From Poseidonia sp. (GTDB taxonomy: Archaea; Thermoplasmatota; Poseidoniia; Poseidoniales; Poseidoniaceae): 64,000 nt of DNA. Below, in pieces: positions 53,903 to 62,482 of this stretch (its first letter is position 1; every line of letters starts with the position of its first letter). Location: NCBI GenBank assembly GCA_049627345.1, contig JBMZXF010000002.1:4995-68994 (forward strand), written 5' to 3'. Below the pieces are notes generated by a model that was not told where the DNA came from, did no database searches, and worked only from the letters and a program-made list of their open reading frames with translations. The translations under genes were made by a program, and so were the position numbers.

Positions 53903-56900
53903 CAGAAATCGCCTCCGCTGTACTGAGAGACATCGCAAGAGTGAGCCACGGCACAATAACTGCAGTGCGCGCCCGGCGTGGGGTGAACGTGCCCTTGGTG
54001 AGCGGTGTCGACCGCCCGTTGAGCGACGGTCAACCGTTCAGCCATCCACCGTCGGAAGGGGGTCGTGGTCGTGCCGCTCGGCGTGGACGCAGGGAAGTGT
54101 TGAGGGAACACTTGGGTGAGTTCGCCAATGGACAGATGGTCGCTCAAGGCGGCGAGGTCGCTGTCGAGCTCAACGTAGTGGGTGGTGGATTCGCCCACTT
54201 CGCTGGCGCCGACACCGATCACGCGGTCGTTGGGATGGAGAAGTTCCCAAGCACGGGCGTACAGGGCCAATTGGAGGTCTTCAAACAAGCAGCGCATGTG
54301 CCGCAAGCCAGCGGAAGCGGCGTCCGGGCCCCGAACGGTCTTCAAATCCCGAATGACGACCAAGCGTTGCGCCGGTCGCGGTGCATCGTGAAGCGGGAAC
54401 GGTGTCTCGTGGTCATCCTCCCCCAGCACGCCTTGCTCGACGAGCACGGAACGGAGGGCATCGGGAAGGACCACAACGTCCACGCGGTCGGCATAACCAA
54501 ACAGACGGAAACCCGTTGCTTCATCGCCCCCGGCGGTGTCGAGCATGACGGAACGTTCGCTCTCAAGCCTTGGGGACCATTCCATCGCCACGGGAGCGGC
54601 GTGCTCCAACGAAAGATCGGCGCTCAACAATCGGGCAAGACGACCCCGGGGGGGCAGTTCGATTTCACCGTCTTGGTGAGCCTGCCACGACTCGGGCGTG
54701 GCATCGATGAGGTCCTTGGTACGATGAACGGAAACGGCGTTGTGGCGACCGAGCCAGTGCACATCCCGCTGGAGGAAATCAAGCACAGCGTCCCATCCCG
54801 CACGACCTTCGCCCATGGGGCCGAGGTGGAGCGGTTGAGGCTCAGCCGTGGTTTCGCCTCCCAAGGGCACACCGTGGCCTTGCAAAATCGCTGCTTCCGT
54901 CTCGTGCACCACTTGACCACGGATTCGGATGTCGATGTCTTCGGTGCTCATCTCTTCATCGTCGTCAGCGCGGAGGTGTTGCTTCAGCCAGGCCTGGCGT
55001 GGACACTTGAGCCAAGCCTCCAAGCGGCTGGGCGACCACACCTCGCGTTCGAGGGGCAAGTCAAGCACGCCAAAGCGTTGGGAAAGTCCAGGTTCTGAAG
55101 GGACGTACGGCGGAAGCGGGCGCGGGTCGACGCTGACGGACACGGATTTCTCCTCACGATGACCCAAATGCGGGAACTCGGTGGCAGCGACGCCGTTCAC
55201 CTTGAGCGAGGCACGCGTTGGGCGGAGCGTTACGGCGTCCACGCTGGCCAGATGGGCTCGGTTTGACCATGCAAAACTGGTGTGTTCGCCGAGGTGTTTG
55301 GCCAGCGGTTGCCGCCGCCTCCGGTCGGCTTGAACCTCGCCTTCGTAAGCGTGAACGAGCGCCACGGCGTGATTGGGCATGACGTTGGGTTCGAGGTGCG
55401 AGCGGACGTCGAGACCGAGTTGCTGACGCCGGTCCCGACCACTGAAACCAAAGCAAACCGTCCGCAAGCCGGACGCCGTGTTGGCGGTGGCGTGCATCAC
55501 CGGCGTCAGCCAACTGCCGTGACCGTCTTCACGCACCGACCATCGGAACGGACGAGGCTCACCTTCCCCCTCATAGGTCGAGGAAGGGAGAAACGAGGGC
55601 GGGGTACGCATGGCATCCCAGGCCCCGGACCGTTGGACATCCGCCAGCCATTCAGCCAACGGCGCACTCGGACCTCCACCCTCTTCAGGCGAGGAGTCAA
55701 AGACGACCACCGTGGGAGCTGCGTTCAGCAAATGGCGAAGATGATGGCGGCCACGGCGGACCAACCGGTCGGTTTGAAACAACCCAAGTTCGAGTTGAGC
55801 CGAAGCGTCCAGCCAAGGCGTGATCGAAGAGCGCATCGACCATGAATCAACGTCCAAGGCGACGAGCAGCAGCACGTCGGCGGTGCACCCGAGTGCATCG
55901 TCAGGCGTGACCACGTTGATGCGGTCGGTTCGCGAGGTTTGGTGCGTGAGTTCTGTTGAAGACCCAATGTGGTCGAGAAGGTCCACGAACGCAGCACCAT
56001 GGTCCTCGAACGGAAGACCGTGGTCGTGAAGTTGATGCTTGATGGCGTTCAAGGCTTCCACGAGCGCCTGGAGGGCCCCCAGGCCTGCATCGAAGGGTGC
56101 TCGCCGGTGTTCAAATCGGGCCACGTCAATCGAGCTGAGTAGCCACGAGAGCCACGCCATGCCGGAGGCAGGAAGGTCGGGCATCGGCAGTTCGACACCG
56201 CTGGTGCACCCCACCACCGGACGTCGCAGCAGATGACGGTCTTCGGGGGAGAGAAGCGGTGCCCAGGCACGAAGCAAACAAGCCAGCCACCACTGCGTCT
56301 GTTCGAGCGCTCTGGCCTTGTCTTCAGGACGTCGCTCAGCGAAGGAAGGCTCAGCCCCAGCAAGAACACCAAGCCAGCGGGCGATGGCTCCCGGGCCGCC
56401 GAGGACATGGAACTGCCGTGCGATATCGTCCAGCACCGCAGCGTCAGGCTGAGGGCGCCACGTTCCCTCGCTGGGATGGTTCAATTCAGGAAACAGGTCA
56501 TCGTTGAAGGGGACCACGGAGGAGAAGAACACCCCGCGCAGCGATTCGAGTGACCAGGCGCTCATGCCCTGTGCCAACCGTGCGGCTCTCACCACGGCGT
56601 GATGAGTGGGCTGTTGGTTCATGGCCGCCGAGCCTGGGTGCCAACGAAGGCCGATGGAGGCCAACCCGTTGGACCAAGCCGTGGCTCGGTCCCGAACGCC
56701 TGCGTCGACCACCAAGATGTGGCCGTCGTGGTGCGCACGGTACGCCTGAATCATGGTCAAGGCTGCCTGCATGCCATGGCCTCGTTCGTCAAGGGTCACC
56801 CTTGTCAACCGGGTCGCTCGCTCACGCCCCACATCGGTTTGCCAGGTGGTGGCGTCGCCGGTCCACGCCTCGTGCGGAGGTACCCAGTCAGGCAATTTTT

Positions 56901-57639
56901 CCGTGGTGCACGGTGGCTCATCCACCAGGTAGGCGCCGTGGTAACCAAGTCGAAACGAGCCGGGGTTGAGGAGCTGATGTACGGGTGCGAACGTGGACAC
57001 GGCGGTGAGAAGGTCCTGTTCGACTTCGTTGAAGTCCGGGGCGGCGTCGAGAACGATGAGGCCAGCCACTTCGCTGAGATGAAACGGCGTATCTGCAGCC
57101 GTCTGCAGCGCCTCGAGAACATGGCGTGATACCAAAGCGGGGAGCATGGCACCCGCCGTGGCTTCGGTCTCAAGGCACAAGCGATGGAACACAGCGGCGC
57201 CAGGATCCCCTTCCCAAGCAAAAGGGCGGCGCAGTTGGAGCAGTTCGCCATGCAGTTGCTGAAGTCGACGGGTTTTGGTAAGCGTCCAACTGCCGACACC
57301 CGGCGTGTAGAGGAACGGGAGTTCAGCGTTCTCAGCGGCCGCAGCACACCGTGCGTGAAGGGCCATGAAGGTGCTTGATTCGTCATCCATCAGCACCGGC
57401 AGGCGAAGATCCACGTGGAGAAGGCGAACCAAACGGTTCAGGGTGAGGTGGTACTGCGGTGTAACCACCACGCCAGCCTCGTTCAATCGCTCGAGGGTGC
57501 GTTGACGGTGCAGTTCCGTGGGATGGAGAAGCATGAACGGAGCGTGTTCAGCGGGGTGGCAGAGCGCCTCGAACAGCCACGGTGGAAGCCCCTCGCCTGC
57601 AGGGACGTGTTCCGATGTGATGCTCGGTGTTCGCTCCAT
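53902..57639 (-). CDS. addB: AddB-like partner subunit: helicase-like region without a recognisable P-loop, plus a C-terminal PD-(D/E)XK nuclease with a Cys cluster, 1245 aa
   Basis: C-terminal motifs WSPSRLEAWLKCPRQAWL, IRGQVVHE, GYADRVDVV, VVIRDLKT, LQLALYARAW and CSYCAVAHSC (C-x2-C-x5-C). This is the AddB/Cas4-type nuclease plus 4Fe-4S arrangement. No GxxGxGK(T/S) found in the N-terminal ~850 aa. It lies immediately upstream of, and is coupled to, the AddA-like gene. Confidence 0.6.
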   Translation of the reverse strand: MERTPSITSEHVPAGEGLPPWLFEALCHPAEHAPFMLLHPTELHRQRTLERLNEAGVVVTPQYHLTLNRLVRLLHVDLRLPVLMDDESSTFMALHARCAAAAENAELPFLYTPGVGSWTLTKTRRLQQLHGELLQLRRPFAWEGDPGAAVFHRLCLETEATAGAMLPALVSRHVLEALQTAADTPFHLSEVAGLIVLDAAPDFNEVEQDLLTAVSTFAPVHQLLNPGSFRLGYHGAYLVDEPPCTTEKLPDWVPPHEAWTGDATTWQTDVGRERATRLTRVTLDERGHGMQAALTMIQAYRAHHDGHILVVDAGVRDRATAWSNGLASIGLRWHPGSAAMNQQPTHHAVVRAARLAQGMSAWSLESLRGVFFSSVVPFNDDLFPELNHPSEGTWRPQPDAAVLDDIARQFHVLGGPGAIARWLGVLAGAEPSFAERRPEDKARALEQTQWWLACLLRAWAPLLSPEDRHLLRRPVVGCTSGVELPMPDLPASGMAWLSWLLSSIDVARFEHRRAPFDAGLGALQALVEALNAIKHQLHDHGLPFEDHGAAFVDLLDHIGSSTELTHQTSRTDRINVVTPDDALGCTADVLLLVALDVDSWSMRSSITPWLDASAQLELGLFQTDRLVRRGRHHLRHLLNAAPTVVVFDSSPEEGGGPSAPLAEWLADVQRSGAWDAMRTPPSFLPSSTYEGEGEPRPFRWSVREDGHGSWLTPVMHATANTASGLRTVCFGFSGRDRRQQLGLDVRSHLEPNVMPNHAVALVHAYEGEVQADRRRRQPLAKHLGEHTSFAWSNRAHLASVDAVTLRPTRASLKVNGVAATEFPHLGHREEKSVSVSVDPRPLPPYVPSEPGLSQRFGVLDLPLEREVWSPSRLEAWLKCPRQAWLKQHLRADDDEEMSTEDIDIRIRGQVVHETEAAILQGHGVPLGGETTAEPQPLHLGPMGEGRAGWDAVLDFLQRDVHWLGRHNAVSVHRTKDLIDATPESWQAHQDGEIELPPRGRLARLLSADLSLEHAAPVAMEWSPRLESERSVMLDTAGGDEATGFRLFGYADRVDVVVLPDALRSVLVEQGVLGEDDHETPFPLHDAPRPAQRLVVIRDLKTVRGPDAASAGLRHMRCLFEDLQLALYARAWELLHPNDRVIGVGASEVGESTTHYVELDSDLAALSDHLSIGELTQVFPQHFPASTPSGTTTTPFRRWMAERLTVAQRAVDTAHQGHVHPTPGAHCSYCAVAHSCDVSQYSGGDF

Positions 57640-57964
57640 GAAAACCGCCTGTTTTGGAGAACGGCACCGAGGCTATTTCAACATGCGTGGCGATGGAGAT
57701 GGGCAAGGAAGGCACGCTCGGCCAGGTAGGTGGGATTCCATCCTGCCGACCCTCGCAACGCGCCCTTCAAATAGGGCGGTTCCTTTCTGAAAAGTTGCAT
57801 GGGTGGGCCGGAGAATCGAAGCGTGATTCGGCGGGCATATTTGGGTTAGTTTCATATAGTGTGTGCCTCAATAAGAATATGTCTTGTTTCCCCTCATGTG
57901 TTGGAAACCTCGTTTCCAGCCCGAGAGGAGAGATTAAGAAGCAGAGATGCTGGAAATTGAATCC

Positions 57965-57971
57965 TTTATAT
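57965..57971 (+). promoter_or_regulatory. TATA box TTTATAT upstream of the TFB-like gene
   Basis: Context gaaattgaatccTTTATATgggg. A 35-nt gap to the ATG at 58007, with GGAG in the predicted short leader. Confidence 0.45.
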
Positions 57972-58006
57972 GGGGTGGCGGGACATTTACCTTGGAGTTG
58001 AGAAAA

Positions 58007-59164
58007 ATGATGACGAAATGCGACGAATGCAGCGGAAACCTGACGATTGATTTGACCCGTGGAGAGGGCATCTGCGATGTGTGCTCCTTGGTGCACCCCA
58101 TCCTTCACGACGACGCCGACACCAACAGCGGCAGCTCGCTTGGCGAAGGCCGCCACAACGAGGCCGTCAACATGGAAGCGGGCCACGGCGGTGCCAAAAT
58201 GGGGGGCAAGATGAACCCCTTCGGCGACAAGTTTGACGGTCGAGGCAACCGCCTGACGGCCAAGCAACGCCGCCTCGCCGCCCGAATCGGCAAGTTGGAC
58301 CGAAGTTCCCAGCGTGACACCGACCCGATGTTCGCCCAACTCATGGCCACGCTGCGCAACATGTTCGGCGCTGACATGGCCAAAGCGGTTGAACCGCTGG
58401 CCCGTGCTGCTGCCCGTAAGCTCACTCGCACCCAAGAAGCCACGCGCAAGACCTTGTCGCCGGGCGAACGCCGCCGCCTCAAGTGCCCAAAGACGGCCAT
58501 CTGCCGCGCAGGTGGCAAGGAGCACCCCGAACTCCGTGGCAAGACTGACAAAGACAAGTTGCAGATCATGGCCTTGGCCATCGCCTCCATCGCAGCTCGC
58601 TGGTTCCGCACCGTGCGAGTCAACGAGAAGCAACTGATGGACACCTACGGCATCACGGCCAAACAGCTGAGGAACGCCAAGAAGACCATCATGCAACACT
58701 ACCAGGAGCGCGTGCGCCAAGGTTGGGCCGCGCCACCACAACAGCTCAGTGCTGCTGCTGCTCGTGAAGACGAGTTGGACAAGGTCACTGAGAACCTGAG
58801 CGACGGTCTGTCGAAGCGCTTCGACGACGATGACCTCGGTGCCATCATGGACGCCTTCTTCACCGTCATGTCGAACCTCGGTGAGCCCAGCGTGGACGCT
58901 CCAACGGCCAACGTCCCCATCTCGATGGTGGCTGGCTGCGTCATGTACAACCTCCTGCGCCAACTCGGCCTCCAAAACGGCAACCTCAGCACCGTGGCCA
59001 AAGCCGTGCAGCGCTCAGGCGCCGGTATCAAGAGCCGCCTTGACGAGATGCGTGAACGCTACGAGAACGGGGATTTCCCCGAAGGAGTCGAACTCTTCTC
59101 TGAAACGGTGGACGAAGCCGTTGAGAGCGACGGCAACGCTGACGAGGAAGCCGCCGACGAGTGA
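58007..59164 (+). CDS. TFIIB-type zinc-ribbon protein, divergent TFB-like transcription factor
   Basis: From the ATG at 58007: MMTKCDECSGNLTIDLTRGEGICDVCSLV, a C-x2-C-x14-C-x2-C ribbon at 58019-58084. A Gly-rich linker follows, then helical regions loosely resembling the B-linker and cyclin folds (NRLTAKQRRLAARIGKLDR; KLQIMALAIASIAARWFRTVRVNEKQLMDTYGITAKQLRNAKKTIMQHY), and an acidic tail. TTTATAT at 57965-57971 and GGAG 11 nt upstream of the ATG support this start. Confidence 0.5.
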   Translation: MMTKCDECSGNLTIDLTRGEGICDVCSLVHPILHDDADTNSGSSLGEGRHNEAVNMEAGHGGAKMGGKMNPFGDKFDGRGNRLTAKQRRLAARIGKLDRSSQRDTDPMFAQLMATLRNMFGADMAKAVEPLARAAARKLTRTQEATRKTLSPGERRRLKCPKTAICRAGGKEHPELRGKTDKDKLQIMALAIASIAARWFRTVRVNEKQLMDTYGITAKQLRNAKKTIMQHYQERVRQGWAAPPQQLSAAAAREDELDKVTENLSDGLSKRFDDDDLGAIMDAFFTVMSNLGEPSVDAPTANVPISMVAGCVMYNLLRQLGLQNGNLSTVAKAVQRSGAGIKSRLDEMRERYENGDFPEGVELFSETVDEAVESDGNADEEAADE

Positions 59165-59209
59165 ACCAGATGAAGTGGGGTTCATATCCCACTGACCGCT
59201 CCTCGTGGC

Positions 59210-60112
59210 ATGCGTTCACCCCTCGTCCTGTGCCTTGCGCTTTCGTTTCTCCTCGGAACCATGAGTCCGGCTGCAGCCCTTCCAGCCAGCGAAGTCAACA
59301 ACGGCATGCTGTTTGGTGGGCAGTGGACGCCGGCCAATACAACGGCCGTGCAGACGTCCAATTTCAGCGATCTCAAAGCCGTCACCGAAGTCTACACCGC
59401 CACCTGGTGCGACAACTGCGTGGATGTCGAGCACGCGCTTGAAGACGTCAAGGCTGAAGGCCATCTCATCCAATACCACTTCCATTCCACCCTCAGCGAC
59501 CCGTTTGGTGTGGCCGAACTTGAACAGCGATGGCGAGACAAGTACGAACCCAACTCCCCGCCTGGCGTGGTGTTCAACGGGACCATGAAGAAAGTCGGCA
59601 GCGTGGCCGACGATGGCACGCTGCAGAACGAGTTCACCAACCTTGCCAAGCAAGACTTGGGACTTGGCCAAGGGACCACATCCTTTTCCTGGACGCCCGG
59701 GGTTTGCGAGGACGTGTTCGCCTGCGGCACCATGACGTGGGACCTTGCCATCGGTGAGGAGCACCTCGACAACGCAAGCCTCACCGTCTACGCGTACATC
59801 GTGGAGGCCGCCGCCGACTACGAAGAGGGCACCAACGGCCTCGGAACCTACCCTCACATCGTACGCGACATGATCGACGTCGGGAACGAATCCCAAGGAT
59901 CGATGATGGTGTCGCTACCAACCCCGCACGACGGCGACGATTTGGAGATTCACCTGCTCTACGAAATCATGCCCAACCCACCCGAAGCGATGGAAGAAGA
60001 ACCTGAACCTACTGAGCCCAGTGAAGACACACCGGCCTTGTCCGCCGTGTCCACGATGATGGTCGTCGGTTTGGCACTGGCGTTCACTCAACGAATTCGC
60101 CGAGACCGTTGA
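59210..60112 (+). CDS. Exported thioredoxin-fold protein (WCDNC active site) with a C-terminal membrane anchor
   Basis: Signal peptide MRSPLVLCLALSFLLGTMSPAAA, motif TATWCDNCVDVE (W-C-x-x-C at 59405-59419), and C-terminal hydrophobic segment ALSAVSTMMVVGLALAF followed by RIRRDR. Confidence 0.65.
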   Translation: MRSPLVLCLALSFLLGTMSPAAALPASEVNNGMLFGGQWTPANTTAVQTSNFSDLKAVTEVYTATWCDNCVDVEHALEDVKAEGHLIQYHFHSTLSDPFGVAELEQRWRDKYEPNSPPGVVFNGTMKKVGSVADDGTLQNEFTNLAKQDLGLGQGTTSFSWTPGVCEDVFACGTMTWDLAIGEEHLDNASLTVYAYIVEAAADYEEGTNGLGTYPHIVRDMIDVGNESQGSMMVSLPTPHDGDDLEIHLLYEIMPNPPEAMEEEPEPTEPSEDTPALSAVSTMMVVGLALAFTQRIRRDR

Positions 60113-62450
60113 ATTCACGGTCAGCCGGGTCGTCGAACTCAACGACGCGTTGCGTGTCCCGATGGTCGAGGTGAAGCTGCCATCGGAAGTGAGGTACTTC
60201 CCGGGGCGGAGCCACCACGTCGACGTAATTCCACCAGCGTGGTGGAGCCCCACGTACCCGCTGGCGGTCCTGCATGTCGCGAAGCAAGTCCGTCAGCTGC
60301 AAACGGGCGTTGGGCCGTGGGTGATCTCGGCGAATGAGGATGGCGTGCGTCTGATCTTCTTCGTCCTTGACATAACCAAGCATTTTCGCAGCCCGTGTGA
60401 AGAAGCTGCGTTCCAGTTCCGACCGTACCGTTACCTGGAGGTCGGTATGTTGGAGTGCAAGGGGTTCGCCATCACGAATCGGGAGTCGGAAGTGAGCCCC
60501 CAACGGCTGGTGAACCAGCACTTCCCATACCCGTGCAAAGACCTCGCACCAGCGGCGTTCACCGTCCCTGACATCGCCTTCCTCGTGAAGGTCATCTCCA
60601 CGTCGATGCGGCATCAAGTGATGGTAGCGTCGGTGGAAGAATCCCTCTTGGACGCGCCCGAAGTAGTCGCCAAAGCCCTGAACCTCCGTTCGTCCTGGCA
60701 CATAGGGCGGCACGGTTTCCCGCCACTCAGCCACGGCTTCCTCGAGCGGGAATCGCCCTTCGCGGTCAAACACGGTGTGGAAGCGTGCAGCCCAGCGTTC
60801 AGAGAAGCGCGGGCGTCGACGACCATGGTGTCGATTGCGGAGGAAGAGGTCGTGAAGCCCACCACCCGGTCGTGGTTCCAACTCGTCTACCGTGTCGGGG
60901 CGAAACCAACGGAGCTGGTGCAGGAAGAATCGAGGGGGATTGACGGCTTGAACGGCATCGTTGGAAAGGCGTTCAATCCACGCAGCAGGGATGTTGTGTC
61001 GAGGGAAGCCGAACGGCGGATAATGAAACAGCAACTCCTCGAGGCTTTGGATCTCACCCGAGGCTTTGATGTCGTTGACCATGGAGAGGATGACGCTTCC
61101 CATCGTGTCGCCCAACGGCAGGGTGTTGGCGAATTGACCGCTGTGGATGCAGATGGGCCGTTTGACGTTGGGCGTGATGTCGGTGACGTGTTGAATGGTG
61201 TACGGCGCGCCGTGTTGACCATGTTCAACCGCCACCTCATACACATGACCGAATTGACCGATGATCAAGGCACGAGCTCGCTCGAGGAAGACCTTGGTTT
61301 CCAAACCGTTCATGATGCTGTGACAAAACTCCAACGAACGAACCAGCGGCGCTGACGGGAGGTTGCGTTCAATGTAGCCCACCGACCAGTTGTGCTGCAA
61401 GCCAAGCAAGAGTTTTCCTGCCTCGGAGTTCAGTGGGGAGAGCACCAACGATGACAGGAGCGCCCAAAGCGCTGGCTCGTTGGGCACCCGAATCAAGCGG
61501 AGAGACCCGGTGGCCGTGCGTACCCGAAATCGGAGTGCCTTCGGGTTGAGGTCCATCGCCCATTTTTGCGTTTCAGCCTGTTCGTGGGCCGGTTCAAGTT
61601 CCCGCCAAGCCTGCATCCAAGGCGTGTTGTAGGCGTGGAACAAGCCCGGTGGGTGGTGATCGAGCGCCTTTTGGAACATGCCTTCCATGTTGGGAGGCTG
61701 CCGGTCAAACATTCGGGATTGGATGTCGTGGGACCACGCCATCATCGGCACATATTCACGGGCTTCCATGTTCAGAGTACGGTCGATCTTCAATCGAGTC
61801 GACAACCACGTCAACATCGCAGCCAAGGGACGATACGAAGGGCGCAATTCACGGCGACCACGGTGGTGGATGTACTGGACCATCCGCGAAGGGTGGCGAA
61901 GTTCTGGATTGACGGAGGTCGCACACACCAGCAGGGCTGGAATGTCCCACCCCTTTCGCTTGGACGCGTTTTCCATCAACGAAAACACGACGAACAGACT
62001 CAGCCCGTGAAGGTCGCACCCGTTGAGGTTCCACACGCCGTCGAGGTAACGCAACACCGAGCCGTCGTGGAACCCGATGCCTTCCCTGAGCATGGCTTCT
62101 TGGCGTTGCGTGAGGTGGTCGCCCCGCAGGACCGCTTGCGTGAGTTCCTCAAAGGCACCCCAGGATTCCGGCGGTTTGGTGATGGGGTCGTCGTCGTTGT
62201 CCAAACGGGCCCATTGCACGTGGTGGAGGTCGCTTGTGTTCGCCAGCAGGGCGTTCCACTTTCGTGATGAGGTGCCATTTGGCCCACCAAACAAGGCCAT
62301 GGCCCGTTCGTGTTCCTCTGGATGCAACGGTGCGTTCCAGCCCTGCTGGGGCTGGAAGTCGATCATCGATTGACACCAATCGCAGACGTGGTCGGTGTCA
62401 GGGGAGGCTGCGTTGTGAACACACAGCGTGTCGCGTACGCTCTTGGTCAT
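60084..62450 (-). CDS. Large uncharacterised protein (788 aa), basic and His/Trp/Arg-rich
   Basis: Uninterrupted minus-strand ORF with native GC3-rich codon usage; the + strand ORFs 60150..61355 and 61566..62267 are its shadows. N-terminal Cys/His cluster LCVHNAASPDTDHVCDWC (about 62373-62423). I recognise no domain. Start taken as the ATG at 62450; the track uses a TTG at 62486 that overlaps the ltaE stop. Confidence 0.6.
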   Translation of the reverse strand: MTKSVRDTLCVHNAASPDTDHVCDWCQSMIDFQPQQGWNAPLHPEEHERAMALFGGPNGTSSRKWNALLANTSDLHHVQWARLDNDDDPITKPPESWGAFEELTQAVLRGDHLTQRQEAMLREGIGFHDGSVLRYLDGVWNLNGCDLHGLSLFVVFSLMENASKRKGWDIPALLVCATSVNPELRHPSRMVQYIHHRGRRELRPSYRPLAAMLTWLSTRLKIDRTLNMEAREYVPMMAWSHDIQSRMFDRQPPNMEGMFQKALDHHPPGLFHAYNTPWMQAWRELEPAHEQAETQKWAMDLNPKALRFRVRTATGSLRLIRVPNEPALWALLSSLVLSPLNSEAGKLLLGLQHNWSVGYIERNLPSAPLVRSLEFCHSIMNGLETKVFLERARALIIGQFGHVYEVAVEHGQHGAPYTIQHVTDITPNVKRPICIHSGQFANTLPLGDTMGSVILSMVNDIKASGEIQSLEELLFHYPPFGFPRHNIPAAWIERLSNDAVQAVNPPRFFLHQLRWFRPDTVDELEPRPGGGLHDLFLRNRHHGRRRPRFSERWAARFHTVFDREGRFPLEEAVAEWRETVPPYVPGRTEVQGFGDYFGRVQEGFFHRRYHHLMPHRRGDDLHEEGDVRDGERRWCEVFARVWEVLVHQPLGAHFRLPIRDGEPLALQHTDLQVTVRSELERSFFTRAAKMLGYVKDEEDQTHAILIRRDHPRPNARLQLTDLLRDMQDRQRVRGAPPRWWNYVDVVAPPREVPHFRWQLHLDHRDTQRVVEFDDPADREFNGLGEFVE

Positions 62451-62482
62451 GAGGGAGATGTTCCCCGACTCTTTTTGAAGGC

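Noticed and set aside
57795-58001. A 68-codon Cys-containing ORF downstream of the orphan TATA box.
   Set aside because: AT-rich codon usage is unlike every confident gene here, it would start with TTG, and it overlaps the TFB-like promoter. It is more likely non-coding, so it is reported only within the intergenic-region finding.
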